Translations under genes and position numbers: made by a program
NCBI GenBank assembly: GCA_001938485.1
Contig: MQRK01227093.1
Coordinates: 18,443-82,442, forward strand
Length of the DNA: 64,000 nt
Direction: 5' to 3'
Source: Girardia tigrina
Taxonomy: Eukaryota
Shown: in pieces, positions 1-14,490 of the stretch
Numbering within the stretch: position 1 is the stretch's first letter
How the letters are laid out: each line of letters starts with the position of its first letter
The notes under the pieces: model-generated
Told to the model about the DNA's origin: nothing
Database searches by the model: none
Seen by the model: only the letters and a program-made list of their open reading frames with translations

Positions 1-1167
1 TTCAGTGAAAATTTGAAGTTTCTATGTGGTCTAAATGCTGAGATATAGGCAAAAGTAAATGGCCCATTCTTGACAAGATGAAATACAGTGAAGGTATATG
101 AAAAGTGCTTAATAATAAATTAAATAAAATATTAAAACGATACACCAAAAATTAAAAACTTATAACAATCTAATGAAACAGAAGTTCGATATATATAAAA
201 TAAAATATTAATTTAAACAAATAAAATTTTATTTATTTTTTTGTTTTTGATTAAGAGAAAATCAAATTTTCAACTGATTTTAAAAGTAAAACTGGGCGAA
301 AAATTAGAATTTTTGCCATGGAAAATCTATGCATCGAAATGCACATGTTCGAGCCGGGAAACATACGGCTGCTAGATGTCATATAAACAAGACCCAGTAA
401 ATAAAGTTATCACAGAAGTTACTAATATGTCAATCAAACTAGAAGAAAATTTTCTAAGCTAATTCTTGTTTTTTTTTTAATAAATTTTACTTATCGCTTT
501 ACAAAACTCTTTTACATGCAACGAAAACTAGCCGTATAAACTCAGATATAATCTTCATTAATAAGTGACCCCTAGACGTTACTCACGACATTCAATTGTG
601 ATTGACAAGTAATTGTTCATTGAACCAAGACACATATCCAAACGGCCACACTGGTTTTATGATTTCGTTACACTCGTATATTATATTATATTATGTTAAA
701 TGTGATTTATGGCTCAAGTGTTTCAATATCGAGACACGAGTGATTAGTGATATGTTCTCAAAAACAGACTAAAATCGTTCTATGTAAACGGAAAATAGAT
801 TCCAAAAATATTTTTTATCTTCTCTAAATTTTATTTTTATTTCCGAATCTGTCAGAAAAGGATATAACTTATTTTCATTCTGAAAAAACGCGGGTAATTT
901 ATGTTTTAAACTGATACCATAGGCCCCTTGTAAAATATAAAAGTGGACGGAGTATCCCGAAAATATTTTACACGACAGTGAATAATATATCTAGGAAGAT
1001 TTCACATTTATTGAAGATTATATCATGACTTCACGGGTTATATTTAAGCCTTCCCCGACTGAACGGATAACTATGTATTGTAGAGACTACAGCACCAGTA
1101 TTGGCGTACAGGGTACTGAGTCATAGACTCTATATCGGGTAAAAACCAGAAATAGATAATACAGAGC

Positions 1168-1605
1168 CTACTTACTTTCTCGCACGGCTTTAGATGCAAG
1201 AATGTGAGCTTTCAGTGAATGGACACGCTTCGGTTTCCCAGTCAGAAAAGACCAGTCATGATACCTCGTACCGTGATTCTGTAGAGCTTTGGCTGTGTAA
1301 ACACGTTTCGTACAATGAGTAAAAGGATACCAAAATATCCTCACATCATTTGTATTATTTAACCGAAAGTAGAGAACCATCCATGGAATCACTCCTGAGT
1401 TAGTTTCCGTGGTACCGTCGAGGGGCACTGACACATGCATCGCGATCGGTTTCGAAGATTTTGTATATCTACATTATTTTGTGAAGCACTACTATCACTG
1501 GTACTGCCTTGGGATCGGTGATCGATCAATAAATGTCGCTTTAACCATCCATCCGTCGGGGTATATTTAAACTTTCTTACACAAATCATGAAAACCTGCG
1601 GTTTA
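1168..1605 (-). mobile_element. Zinc-finger element family copy 1 (degenerate, probably 5' part of an RLE-type non-LTR retrotransposon)
   Basis: Frameshifted C2H2-like motifs ...KFKYTPTDGWLKRHLLIDH and YPFTHCTKRVYTAKALQNHGTRYHDWSFLTGKPK. Homologous to the copies at ~24.6-25.1 kb and ~61.5-62 kb. Cut off by a TTAA MITE at 1606. Confidence 0.6.
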
Positions 1606-1609
1606 TTAA

Positions 1610-2165
1610 CCCTTTCAGTCACTTTGTATCATACGTGATACGCGCGTTCTTAGTGCTTTAGTAAGGAAGTTAGAATAATTTGACCCAAAGGCTCACCGTG
1701 TATCATTTCTATAAAGCTTTGCAAATATTTTCATAGATGGTATGCTGAATTATATCATCTTCATGAGGTATAAATGACATTCGTGTGGAGATATGGTATG
1801 AACAGTCGTCAGAGTCAATGGGCGTTCAGTGTTTTCTGTAGATTTTCTTACCAAAAAAGGGATTTTTCGTTTGAAATTTTGATCTTACTCAATAGAATTT
1901 GGACTGACTTTCAGAATTTGGACTGCTTCACAGAATACCATAAGAAATAAAGTGTTTTGTGTATAAACTCGTTTCACTCCTTTCTAAATTTCGGAACATT
2001 TACAGTCTTTTGGTCACTCTGTATGATATATGATACATCCTATATTTTTTATTGACGACTGGATACAAAAAAAATTGTAAAACTGTTATTTGATAAACCC
2101 CTTACCAACTAAAAAAAACATTTCATATAAATATTCACAAGGAAAATAATTCATGACTCAAAGGG
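1610..2165. mobile_element. piggyBac-type MITE
   Basis: TTAA on both sides; TIR CCCTTTCAGTCA / TGACTCAAAGGG; subterminal inverted motif tgtatcata..tgatac; non-coding. Confidence 0.75.
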
Positions 2166-2536
2166 TTAATGAGAAAATACGATAATATTAAAAAAAAATA
2201 AAACGAAAAATCTTTTTTGTTAATTTCAGACGATTTACGATGAAATAAATTTATCACGAAACCAAAATTTATTGTCATAAATCATAAAAAAATATTTTAA
2301 TGAAAATTTAATCAATTTTCAAACATTAAAAGTTGAGTGAAAGAAAAAATTTTATATATTATTATTTTTTGTTCGTTGAAGAGAGAAATTTATATGACAA
2401 AACAATCTGCCAACTCAATCCAATCCAATTTTCAAGTGATTCGTTTGTCCTAAATAGACTGGCATTAATATGTATTTATAAATTTATATTTATTTATTTA
2501 TATAATCTCATATCTGACTGAAATGAGCGAATGAAT

Positions 2537-3266
2537 GGGCGGGGATCAAACCTAAAAACAGGAAATAAGAAATCAATTATCATTTTCGTTAATTAAATTC
2601 TCCCTAGTTCCTCTGGTGACAGTATTTTGAAATGTTTAATAATTATATCATTTATCCGTATCTCCGTTTATGTTATTTCGTTTTTTTTTCTTCTTTTTTT
2701 TGTCTTCTTTTAATTGATATATTTTTCAATTATTGTTTGGCATTAGTTTAAGAAACATCTGTGTTTTCTATAATTGAAAATGTCAACTACAACTATATAG
2801 CGATGCTTGAACAGAACCACCGGTGAGTGTTTGGTGCTTTTGCACAAGTTAAGAAGAAACAAAATGCATTTTCAATAGATTTTGTTGTTTTTTTTTTACT
2901 TCTGACACAAAAAGCTTAGTGTAATGAGAAAAATAAACCTAAAATAATCTAACTGACTCGTGATCATTATTATCATTATCATCTGTCAATCAGTTTTAGA
3001 AACAATTTTGGACGCCTAGTAATAAACGCTGACATTTTTTATCAAAAATAAAATTTATCTGCCAAATAAAAGAAGTGTGTTTTCCGTGGTAATTTCCCCA
3101 TAGAGATATAGGATATATAATATAATCATCATAATGATAATTGATGATTGTTACAGCTCGTATGATGTCCCACCCAATCAGTGGATGATTACTGACTGGA
3201 CGTGCTAGCCATAGGCTTAAGGGCTCCTGGTCTCGTGGGAGATCGAAATCGGGAATAAAATATAAC
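2537..3266 (+). other. Possible 5' end of an unidentified plus-strand gene (GC box, donor at 2822, exon 3157-3266)
   Basis: GGGCGGGG at 2537, consensus donor CCG|GTGAGT at 2822/2823, acceptor ttacAG at 3156, a CpG-rich segment and donor AAC|GTAAAT. No stop-free spliced frame, so these may be UTR exons. Confidence 0.3.
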
Positions 3267-3759
3267 GTAAATACGGGGTCCCGAAATTATTTTATATCTA
3301 CCAAGAAAAAAATAATTATTTATTTTTATTTTGGTTCAACAAAAAAAATGATAATTCATTTTTCATAAGGTTCAAAAAGAAAAATGACAAATCTTTCAAA
3401 TGATCAAAAACACCATTTCAATCTAAAAAAATATTAATTTCAATTTTTTCTTATTTTGGTGGATTTTCCACAACTTGTTATAATTTAAAACTATTTTGAC
3501 TTTGTAAAATATTTTCTTCAGAACAAAATATTAACATTCTATCTACAAAAAGGATTGGGCTTCATTTAAATTTTCTAAAATTTATTTTTTCACCACAAAT
3601 ATGCATTGAAATTTTTTGCGACCTCCATACATTTTCAGCTTATTTATAGGTTAATTTAAGCCCTTTTTAGAAAAAAATTCAATTAATAATATTTAATTAT
3701 TAAATTTGACGTTTTTATTCGCGGCGTTTTGTCGTAGATCTGTGCCAGCTTTAATAAAT

Positions 3760-3845
3760 GGCGATTATGTAATCAAATTGTATAATCAATATTTAAATAC
3801 TTTCAATAAATTGGAAGGAGAGACTTGTTTGACCATTAAATAATG
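3760..3845 (-). mobile_element. Penelope-like element 3' fragment
   Basis: Minus strand encodes ...QVSPSNLLKVFKY* followed by GATTACATAATC. The same ORF end and 3' motif occur in the Penelope copies at 36.7, 55.9 and 59.1 kb. Confidence 0.5.
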
Positions 3846-6800
3846 GATTATATGATTTAATCAATAATACCTCACAATAATTTTTAAAATTACTGCAAAG
3901 TACTTTAAAAATCGTTTATCGTCCCATCTGACCTACACACTCCCATATGCTCAGTAATGTTGCAACCATTACCGAATTTTTATTTTATTATTTTTTTCCA
4001 AAAAAAAATTATTAAGTTAATAAATTAAATTTTATTTTTAATGATTTAAACAAATTAAATTATGTGTAAATTGTTTTGATTGAATTTTGTGCTTCATTGA
4101 TATTTTTCTTTTGATAATCGGTTTTATGAAGTTGATTTTTATTTAATAATATATAATAAATAATATTATTTGTTTTACAATAATAATTATAGAGTCACTT
4201 TCAGAAGGATTGTAAAATGGTTGATGAAGTTCAACTGGATTTTAAAAATATTTTATTGGTTTTTGTGGTTTTCTTTTAAATAATATCACTTTCAAAATTA
4301 TAAATATTATAAAATAAATCAGTCAGACAAGTTTCGTCTATCAAAGATTGATTTAAAAGTGTCCTGGGACAAATTAAGATAATAGGGATGATCAAGTATA
4401 CAGTCCAAGAAGTGTAGTTATGTAAAGACATATTTTAGGAATAGGATTTAGGTTGATAATATAATTTTAATAAATATTAGTTTATTTGAATAATTACAAA
4501 CTTTTCAATAATACAAGAAATATCTATTTTTACAAAAATAAAATAAAATACGTTCAATGCAGCACACGCCAATACGCGTCTTCCTAACGCGCATTTGACG
4601 TATAAATGTTCGAATGAATCCATTTTAACAGACAGAAGTACATTTAAACATTATTTTATGAAAATAAATTGTATATAAATATAAAATAAACATTCTAGTG
4701 TTATATTTATTTATTCTTATGAATTTAATACATCTGAAGAGAGTAATTTGCGTAATTAAAACGGATCTTCAAAGCAAAAGATAAACGGTTGAAGTAGTTT
4801 GATAATAACTAAATAATAACAAAAAGTACCGGTTAATAAGTTGATATTTTAATTACTTAATAAGGTTCATTCTGTGTGAATATTTCTGTTGATTAAGTCG
4901 TTTGTATATATTAAAATGTAACAGACAAGTAAATTGGTTTTTGTAACAAAAAGAAGATAACACTTTACAACAATTGTCTTGAAGTATTTGTTTTTTTTGT
5001 TAATTTTCCGGTGTAATGGTCAACTTAATCTTGTCAATGATATTTATTTGGTCTGCAAGTTGTAACTGAACAAATGAAGTCACCAGTATTTTTTACAACC
5101 GTCGCCAAACACTTACAAAGATTCGGGATTCCTTCTTCAAAGAACCTATATATTTTCTACTTAAATTATTTTGTGGTGACCAAAACAGATCCAAATCTTA
5201 ATGGACAATTGGTCTGTCATTTCGATTTTCCAAAGTTTGATATTTAGTGATTTACTGTTTCACCTTTTACCTCTTAACTTCAACTTTCGTTTTGATGATG
5301 TATGAAACCAATTTCTGAATTTTTAAACTTTCAACAATTTATGCTACGGCAATCGATAATTTTTTACAAGCTTTTATTACGTTTTATTTGTTTGTCTGTC
5401 TGTCTGGATGCATCAAATCTTGCGATCGAAGATTCACCAACTTCCCGTTCACCTGGCGACATGAAACTTTCAGGACTGATGTATTCTAGGGGACAATACA
5501 CTTTTTCACTGTCACTGCTCATCTACCGCCTTTAGTTTGGACGCAAAAAGTAATTAAAGAGTCGTTCTCATATTTTCCTCGGTAGTAGGCTTTGAAATTC
5601 CTTCACTCTTCCTTCCATTATAACCTTCGCTAGTAATCGTTTTCTTATCTGATGTCTGTATAATTTAAGCTTCCTTCTCTTGGTTCCGGTTTCTTACCTA
5701 GTATTTCCATCAGTCTCTTCCAAATCAACTATTTAGTCATTTAAAATAACTTAATGCAAATTCATATTTAAAAACTAATTATGCTTCACTTTATTAACCG
5801 TTTTGGTTTAAGCAGGTAATGTAATCAACCTAAAGTAGGATTTTCAAAAAAGTTATTAAAATCTATTAAATTTTAAAATATTGTTTTGTTATCTGTAGTT
5901 ATTATTATTTGATTTGTGGTTCATTCATCTTCAATATATAATTTTATTATATTTTTCAACAAAATATCTCGACAAAGAGGAAACATAAATCATCTGTAGC
6001 ACGTAATTTATTTTCCTTAATCTGATTGATTTAGATTGAGAGAATATCATAAATGGAAATCAGGATTTTTATTGCAATGTTTGGGGCTTCCTTCTGAAGG
6101 AATTTTCCAGGGATTTTAATGGGGTTATTATTATTATTATTATTACAAAAGACAAAGGGAAAAATAGGCCTTTTCTTAGTGTCAGACGATTTCCTGTTTC
6201 ATAGGAATGACTCATTATTAATACAATCCCTTCCAGATATTTTATGACAATTTATTATCAAGAATTAAATGATATGTCATATTAATGTTATCATAAATTA
6301 ATACTTCTGGTAACGGGGTAACCATTAATTTTTATAATATCTAGAAAATTCGTCCCGGGGAAAATAAGTCTTAATAAATAAATCAGATTTGTAAGCTTAA
6401 AAAGTACATTTTAAATTTTTAATAAATAAAAATTAATACAGAAAATAAGTTAAATTCTAATTACAAGTTTAAATTTGACTTAAAATTACAAAATATGATT
6501 ATGAAAGGGTATCTATATCTGAACCTTATGCTGATTTAGATCTTCTGTAGCAATGCTAATGTCTTGTAGCATCTTCGTGTAAGTTTCAAAAGTACTATGA
6601 GGGGTTAGTTTTAAGTTTTGCCAAAATAGTTTATTGTTTTTTTTAATTTGAAAATTTATAAATAATTATAAATTAATTTGAAAAGTAATAATTACTTATT
6701 TAAAATATTTTTACAGTAATAACAATTAACATATTTTAATAAAAGTTATAGAATAAGCTAAATAAATTTTAATTAACGGATTAATATTTTCAGAAATAAT

Positions 6801-6929
6801 TTTTTTAATAAAATAGTTATTATAAATTTAAATTAATTAGTTTTATGATTATGTTTCGTAAGAATGTAAAAAATTTGGTTACATTAAAAATTTATAAATT
6901 TTTTGTAAGAAAATGTAAATTATTTAAGG

Positions 6930-7295
6930 GTAAAATTTTTGTAAAAATATAAGATTATATATTCTTTGTAANNNNNNNNNNNNNNNNNNNNNNNNNNNNN
7001 NNNNNNNNNNNNNNNNNNNNNTATAAGATTATATATTCTTTGTAAAAAAAATATAAGATTAATTAAGATTTAATATTGTAAAATTTTTGTAAAAAATATA
7101 AGATTATATATTATAAAATTCTTTGTAAAAAAATATAAGACTAATTAAGATTTAATATTGTAAAATTTTTGTAAAAAAATATAAGATTAATTAAGATTTA
7201 ATATTGTAAAATTCTTTGAAAAAAATATAAGATTAATTAAGATTTAATATTCTAAAATTTTTGTAAAAAAAATATAAGATTATTTTAGATTTAAA
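6930..7295. repeat. AT-rich minisatellite, ~46-47 bp unit, spanning an assembly gap
   Basis: Unit approximately taaaatttttgtaaaaaaatataagattaattaagatttaatattg repeated about 5-6 times; N gap at 6972-7021. Confidence 0.85.
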
Positions 7296-7789
7296 TTTTT
7301 GTATATTTTCAAAATTTAATCGAAAAAATTAATGCACTAATTTTGAGCGAAATAATTGAATTAATAAGAAATTTGTTTAAGTATATGAATTGTAAATATT
7401 AATAAATTTTTGGTGGTGTTAAATTATGGCTTTAGAATGTGATAATACTGAAAGTGGCATAAACGCCACTTACAAGTACGTTTCATGAAACCTTTAAAAT
7501 CTTTATAAAAAACCGAAATCTTATTCACTCACATCAGTCATTTCAGTATCTATAGAAACTTGTTTGCGATCGATAAGAAACAAGACAAGATAGGAGATAG
7601 TTCAAGAAGGTTAAATCTGGTGACACAAACCTTTAACAAAAAAGTCGATCATTAAAATTTATCGGTCAGACACTATGATAGTTGTGAAAGAGAACGAAAG
7701 CTTGACATCGATAAAATTGGTTTAAGACTTCAATCTGAATCATTTGACGATTGTTCATCATATGAAAGCATTCATTATATGAAGGCAAT

Positions 7790-9190
7790 GCGATGTGTTT
7801 CGTAGGAAAAAAGCGGAATCATCCTCTAAGAAATCATTTCAAATGGTAATTGTTATCTATGGAATACCGTTATTGAACATCAACAGTTGTAAATTCCAGA
7901 CAAAAATAGCAAGTGACGACAATATATCAAGGCGGATAATACACTTTCATGTCATAAAATCTTTCGCCAGTAAGAACTTTAAATTTTTTCTTCAATTTTC
8001 ATATTCTTCCAATTGACATCAAAAGTTTTCTTGCGAACAGATGTTGTCAAAAGGTAGATTCTATATAAGAACCGCAACTTCTTCGATCATGGAATTCACC
8101 AGCTGCAAAGCAAATGGGAAGCAATTTATAAAAATGCTTTTATAAATTGTTGTTGTTTTGAGGCATAAAAGGTGTAATAATTATCCAAAATTCTATTAAT
8201 AAAAAAAACTTAATGTAGAGCACAACTGTTCCCATTTTGTGAACTTATAATATGTCGTTTATCGCCATCACCCTCGAGCAAGCGAATCCTGCATTGGATT
8301 TAATCTATGGGCAACGATGTTCTAAGGAAAGATCTAAGGTTCTTAATAATTGAATCCGATATCTTAATATCCAAACCGATAAGTAGGGTTTCGCCAAAAA
8401 TGGGTTTCAAGCGACGCAAAAATCTAGATATCATTTATTCTTTCAATCTCTTAAATATCGTCCATATTTCAAAGTAGGAATTCAATTGTCCTTTTGTGGG
8501 TAGATTTATCGTGGTCGAAAGACCATCATTTATCTGCAATGGCATTGAAACAACGTGAACGTAAGCGAATTATATTTTGTTAAAAGACCAATTAAAAATT
8601 ATGGGAAAAGAATGTCGCTTTACCTCCATAACATAGGCGATGGTCATACGTTTGAGAACACTGCATTTGATGATAAGCATCTTTTTATAGTACAAGTTAT
8701 AACTTAATTGGTTGAGGTATTTCTCTGGGTAATGCAGCTTATTTTTATTGCCACTTATATAATGAGATGTCACTTTGATCTGAAATAATGTAGTAGCCCT
8801 CAAATTAATCGGGCCGATGGGACTAGGTCGACGGTAAGGGAATTACAGAACACATATTGACATTTGCACTCCTCAAGTTTTCTATCATCAATATCCTGCA
8901 GTTTACGAACTTCAGCGAAGCCTTTTGCCATTCGTGAGCGGGAATATCCGTCTAGCAATTATTAATTTCGACGAGCCTATTTCGCAGGATGTAAACTTAT
9001 ATATGGCGATACTCAGAAATGATATATAATTTTTAAAGTTACTTCAAAGATTTGATCTTTAGATCTTTCAATTCTTACATGATCTCCTGGTAGCACAAAA
9101 TATAATGAAAAAGAGAGGTCAAGAGGCTTTTCGTTGGGTTATCATAACCATGATACGTTCATAAATTCTGTAAACCTTCCTAAAAAGGTA
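7790..9190 (-). pseudogene. Highly decayed Helitron Rep/Pif1-helicase remnant
   Basis: Broken motifs in the expected order: AKGFAEVRK (cf. GATSFEDLR), a frameshifted GG..HSF (cf. GGRTAHS), KPIFGETLLIGLDI (cf. PFGGK..LGGDF), LLEGDGD (cf. LL.IGDG), IP*IT...FFLR (cf. IPRI..LPF.LRR). Many stops. Confidence 0.4.
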
Positions 9191-11309
9191 TTTCATTTTT
9201 TTCCATTTTATTTAATTTAACGTTTTAAATTAAAATAAAAATCAAAATTTTGGCAAACAATATCCCTAAGAAAAATTTCTCCCGAGAAGTGTAATTATTT
9301 AAATCAATTTAAATAAATAACGAAATTTATTTTCATATTTTTACTCAACCATTTACTCTAAACCTGATTAATTTTTGAATAAATTTCATGATCTGATCAA
9401 CAGAAAAAAAAGATTCCTTTCCGTGAATTTAAGTTTGTTTTTTTTCTTTTTTAATGGTTTATTTTTCATTTTATTAATATTTATTTTATCAATCATTGAA
9501 ATTTTGAGTGAAATAAATGAAAATTAATTTTCAGAAATTTATTCAGAGTAAATATTTTTCGAAAAGACAAACATGTTCTTATTTTATTTATTTATTTATT
9601 TATGAATTAGGAAATATTTCGACAAAAAAAATATTAAAATTGAATATTTTTTTATTTTATTTATATTTTTTTTTTAAATATATATAATTCGTTATCCAAA
9701 TTTTTCTTTTGAATATTTATATTTACTTTTGATTGACATAAACATTTTTACATTATAACACATTTCTATGGTTTAAATCCACTAATTCCTTTTCGAAAGA
9801 TTTACTCCAGGGAAGAATATTAAAAAACTGGAACATATGTACGTAAGTATCATCTTTAAACGAGACGAAATGACAAAATTTAGTATTTCCTGATGAATCC
9901 GGTAGACATTCAATCTGCATGCGGTAATTTTAAGATTGTAGCAAAGACAAAATTACAAATTTCTGGAATCAATATTCATAATAATTTACAAATCAGTCAG
10001 GCGAAAAGAAACACTTAGGAAAGTCGTTTGTTGAAAGACGTTATTGATTGAAAACATACGTTTTAAATTAAGAATTAACATGAATTTCAAGATAGTTAAA
10101 ATCCACCAAAATTTTAAAATAATTTATTAATTGTAAAAATAAAATATTTTCTCATAAGTATGATAATTTGTGTGGACGCCATTCCTCTGATGCGTGACAC
10201 CAAGCCCATGGTTCCAAAGGATTGGACTGCAACGTTGTTTTCTACCACCCGGACGTCCCATCATCTTGTGGTACTTGTAAAATTATGGATGGAAAAAATT
10301 CTTAAATTTATTTAAACTTTCGGTAAGATTTTTAATTTGCAAAAGTTAAGTACAGACAATTTTAACTGATTTCTTATTTAAAAAACTTTTATTTCAATTA
10401 TGCAAGTCCCAAATACAACCAGTATAGATCAACATACACAGGTAAGCATAAATGGAAATACATACTAAAGGATTATTTATTTTAATCTTCTTAATATATG
10501 CATATCAAAAATATATTTATATTTATATAAATAAATGGTAAGTATACATTTAAAGTTTTAATGGGTTAAAGTGAAAAGAAAGAAATAAAAAGAAGAGAGA
10601 AAGAAACTACATAATGTCACGAAATTAAAATAACGATTTAGTATAGAAGACGTGATTTCCTATGCGTAATTACGTGCGTAATTAAAGTACAGCATAATAT
10701 ATTTAAAAACTTTAAAAATATTAAATCATTTCAAATTTTCATATTAAAATTTAAATAAAGTAAATAACTTTTAAATTAGTTTTAAATTAAATAAATGTTC
10801 TTTCTTTACATAAAATAATTTTTTAAATAAAATTAATATGTAAATAAAATTATTACTAAAATTACAAAATTTGAACTTTAAAAATAAAATCTGAAAATAA
10901 TGAAATATTTGTTCGAATAATTGTTTATTAAAAAAAATTAACTAAAAGTTAACAATTTAGAACGATGTCGAATGACGAGAGTTTTGCTGAGAGTTGTCCA
11001 AAAGACAATTCTGACTGTATTGAAAGTAACAGTTCGAAAACCCATGTTGCTGTTCTTAATAATTAAGACAATTGATAATTGAGCTTTCAGTCATCGATAT
11101 CGAAAATATTAAATTAATAATTTTTATCCGATTATCTGAACCAATTTTACATCTGAAATACTCTTTAAAAATATTTACTATGGATTTAATTAGTTAAGAA
11201 TAAAATAAATATTTGTTATTTAAAAATATTAATTCGATTAATTTGTTTAAAAATTAAAAAAATATTAATCCATTTATTCAAAACTTTACATTGATTTAAA
11301 ATTACAAAT

Positions 11310-11480
11310 ATATTTAAATATTAAATCTAAATTTAATTCAATCAGTTTCATATTATAAGAATTAAAATATTAATCATCCATCTGATTAGGAGAGACACAA
11401 TCCAAAATCAACAACCAACATTCAAACATTCCTCACGTCATTGAACTGTAGATAACTTTATACTACATAGAGCAATACTT
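11310..11480 (-). repeat. Dispersed repeat, likely 3' end/UTR of the RLE-type non-LTR family
   Basis: About 120 bp nearly identical to 61030-61150 (core aatattaatcatccatctgattaggagagacacaatccaaaatcaac). A diverged third copy lies at ~13590-13690. Confidence 0.7.
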
Positions 11481-11541
11481 TATGCATAAAGATTTCAGAA
11501 TTAATTCCACAATTCAAATTCAATTTAAAAAGTTTTATTAA

Positions 11542-11773
11542 CCCTTATTGTACGGAATCTATTTTATAACATAAAGGACCAAGTGGAGTCACTAAAGTCA
11601 CCCACACAAAAATTTTGTTTTGTTTATAAGTGGGGATATTAATATTACAAATAATGTTAGTAAATTAAAAAAAAACGATTATTTAATTAAATTTATAGCA
11701 TTTATTTTTACGAAGTTATAAAAGAAAAACTAATCTTGGCGGACCTAAAGTCTTCCACTCCGTACTCCAAGGG
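11542..11773. mobile_element. piggyBac-type MITE (232 bp)
   Basis: TTAA flanks; TIR CCCTTATTGTACGGA / TCCGTACTCCAAGGG. Confidence 0.65.
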
Positions 11774-14490
11774 TTAAAAACGATATTTTCAACTCTTCGT
11801 CATTTTTTATCAAGATGATTCAAATAATTTCAATATTTCATCTTTTATTACCAATCGTCGTTCATTTTATCTAAATAACCTTGCAAAATTCAACAATGAT
11901 AAATTCCCAATATATAACCCCTCAGTTCTTACATTATATCCAATAACGAAAACTAACTTCCGGCTATTAGTACGTTTAGATTAATTATACCAATTATCGA
12001 AATATTTTGGAACATATTACGGCTATAATATTATAATTGTTAAGTTTTAATGTTTTTAACCAAACTTCAGCACGTTAGATACATGTAACAACGATGGTTT
12101 GGTCCTGGACACCCTTATGAAAACTCTTCATCATTTCAATATTTAAAAGAAATTTAGTAACATATTGTGATACATAAATAAATTCACCGCACGCATCGGC
12201 CCGAAGGTGTCCTCTGCACTGGTCCTGGTTTCCACAGGGGTTCTTTCACTAACGGCCTCCCCCCGCACCCATAAATTGGGTGAACGCTTCCGCCAAGCCC
12301 GACACTTTCGCTCAACTAGACCTTAATAACTCATCATCGAAGGCTGGGTCGTCCTCCCATGATGAGCTATCTACATCTTCTGATGAATCACCAACCCTCG
12401 TCCTATATAGATTGGGGACTATCTCATCATCGGATGGATCATCGTCTGATTGATCCTCAATTTCTACTACTCCCCCCCCTCTGTTGCACTCCTACTCTGT
12501 AACTGAAAGATTGTATGAGTGCATCCAGGGTGGCCGGATCAAAATCTTCTATCTCCTCAGGAGCAACATGTTCATAATCTGTTTCCTCCATTATTAATAT
12601 CAATAATTGGTTTAATATCAATTTGGATAAGAACATAATTGGATAAGAACAATTATTGCTTGTCTCACAAAAATCTTAAGAAATGCTCTCATTTCAAAAT
12701 TGCGAGGGTCAAAAAATCTAACTGAGCACTATACCACTTTTAAACAGATTATATTTGGTATTGAATTTATATTTCGTTTTTTAATCAATTTTTATTTGTG
12801 TATTAAAAGTACAAAGAGAGATATTGTTTTGGTTTTACTATCCTAACATTTAATTTTCGGATGAAAAACATTATAATTTCTTTTGGCATAAAAGTACAAA
12901 ATATAATAGCATCCCATAATTAATAATATTTCAGTAGCGATAGTACTTTTTTCATAGTAAGAGAAGAATTTTCGGTGTTAGATATTTTACCAGCTCTTTG
13001 AAACCTTGACATCACATCGTCCTCAAATGGAAACAAGAGATTCTTACTTATTCAAACACCTTAAAAAGCTTTGACGGGGAAAAAGGTTTGATTCTGGAGA
13101 CGAACTTTTATTCTTTGTTGCAAATTAACTTTAAAAGAAATTAGATAGAAAAATGAGACTGATAATAAAAATACTGTAATAAAAATATCTGTTGCATTTT
13201 CATAGATAATATAATTAAAAATCTTCAAAACAAGTTTTAAGGAATGGTGTTACTCTTTTTTTTTATTAAGAATTCAAATTTTATTTTCAATACATTTATT
13301 GATATCCCAACTTGAATTACCACTAGGACAATTCTCCATAAAACTTTCGTAGCTAGTCATCGTTCTTCATTGATAAATTTTAATTCTGTTTCTAAACTTC
13401 TTATTATTCAAACAAATTTAATTTACAATATCGATTACAAAATAATTAACAATTTATATTACAAAATATTTTTTATTATTTTAAAAATTATTTTAAATAT
13501 ATTACTTATGATATTTTAATTTAATTTTAAAGTTGTTATTAACATTAATAAATAATTAAACTGTCTAAATAATCCGACAGTTCAACATATTTAAAATATC
13601 AATCTTCCATTTTGGTGGGAGAAACACAATCCTAAAACAACATACCAAATAACATACAATAAACTCCATTCGAAAATATTCCTCACATATTTCATATCAT
13701 AATATTAGTAATTATTAAACCAACTACAAATTGATATTAAAAAAATACTTTATTAATGAAATATTTTTAATTAAAAATTTTTATAAAAATTATGAGCTTG
13801 TAAAAATGGTTCAATACCTTCAAATACATTCGAAATTAAAAATAAGGATAAATTTGTTTTAAAAAATATTATCAAATTTCTTTTAATAATAACATTATTA
13901 ATCAAACCAAAAGTTTATTAAAACTAAATTTGATTAGAAGGTTTTCATCCTCCCTTATTTAATTTTTACGGGTTGATCATACACTAAAACGTAGTTGTTG
14001 AGTCTTTCGACAAATACCAATCACTAAAGTCTGACTTTGAAGAGTAATTTCATTTGGGATTGTGGAGAATAATATATAAATAATTAAGTTATACAAATAT
14101 ATCACTGCGTCTGTCGAAAACATTTCCAATTGAATTTACTTATCAAAATAAATATTTTGACGAGATGAAAGTTACATTTGACTCTTTCGAGAGAGATTAG
14201 TCACTCCAGAATCCCCAAACAAATCTCCCACAGCAAAATATAAATGTGAAGCAACCGATTAATATGTTATTTAATTTAACAATCAATTTGTAAATTATTA
14301 AATTAAATTATATTGACTTATTCATTCAAATTTTTAAGCCAACATTTTTTTGGTGGTTTGAAGAAAAAAAATTATTATTTTATTAAATTAATTAAATTAA
14401 GATAATGTTTTGCAAATTAAAAATATAAATTAATAATAAAGTATATAAATTTCAAAAAAATGAAAAATCTTTGAAATTAAAATTCGAAAG

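Noticed and set aside
340-376. AGCCG..CGGCT hairpin plus CTAG as a Helitron 3' end
   Set aside because: Only a 5-bp stem, CTAG is not followed by T, and the 5' end would lie outside the window.
3157-3266. In-frame TGA in MMSHPISG*LLTGRASH.. as a selenocysteine, antizyme-type frameshift or readthrough site
   Set aside because: No UCC-UGA antizyme site, no SECIS seen and no recognisable protein. UTR exon or chance is simpler.
4725-4785. CTGAAGA followed by AAAAC as a further hammerhead; possible Penelope RT remnant at 4.8-5.5 kb
   Set aside because: No convincing stem II or GAAA, and the protein motifs are too decayed to call.
6930-7295. Regular repeat array as a CRISPR candidate
   Set aside because: No unique spacers, no cas genes and a eukaryotic context; it is a minisatellite.
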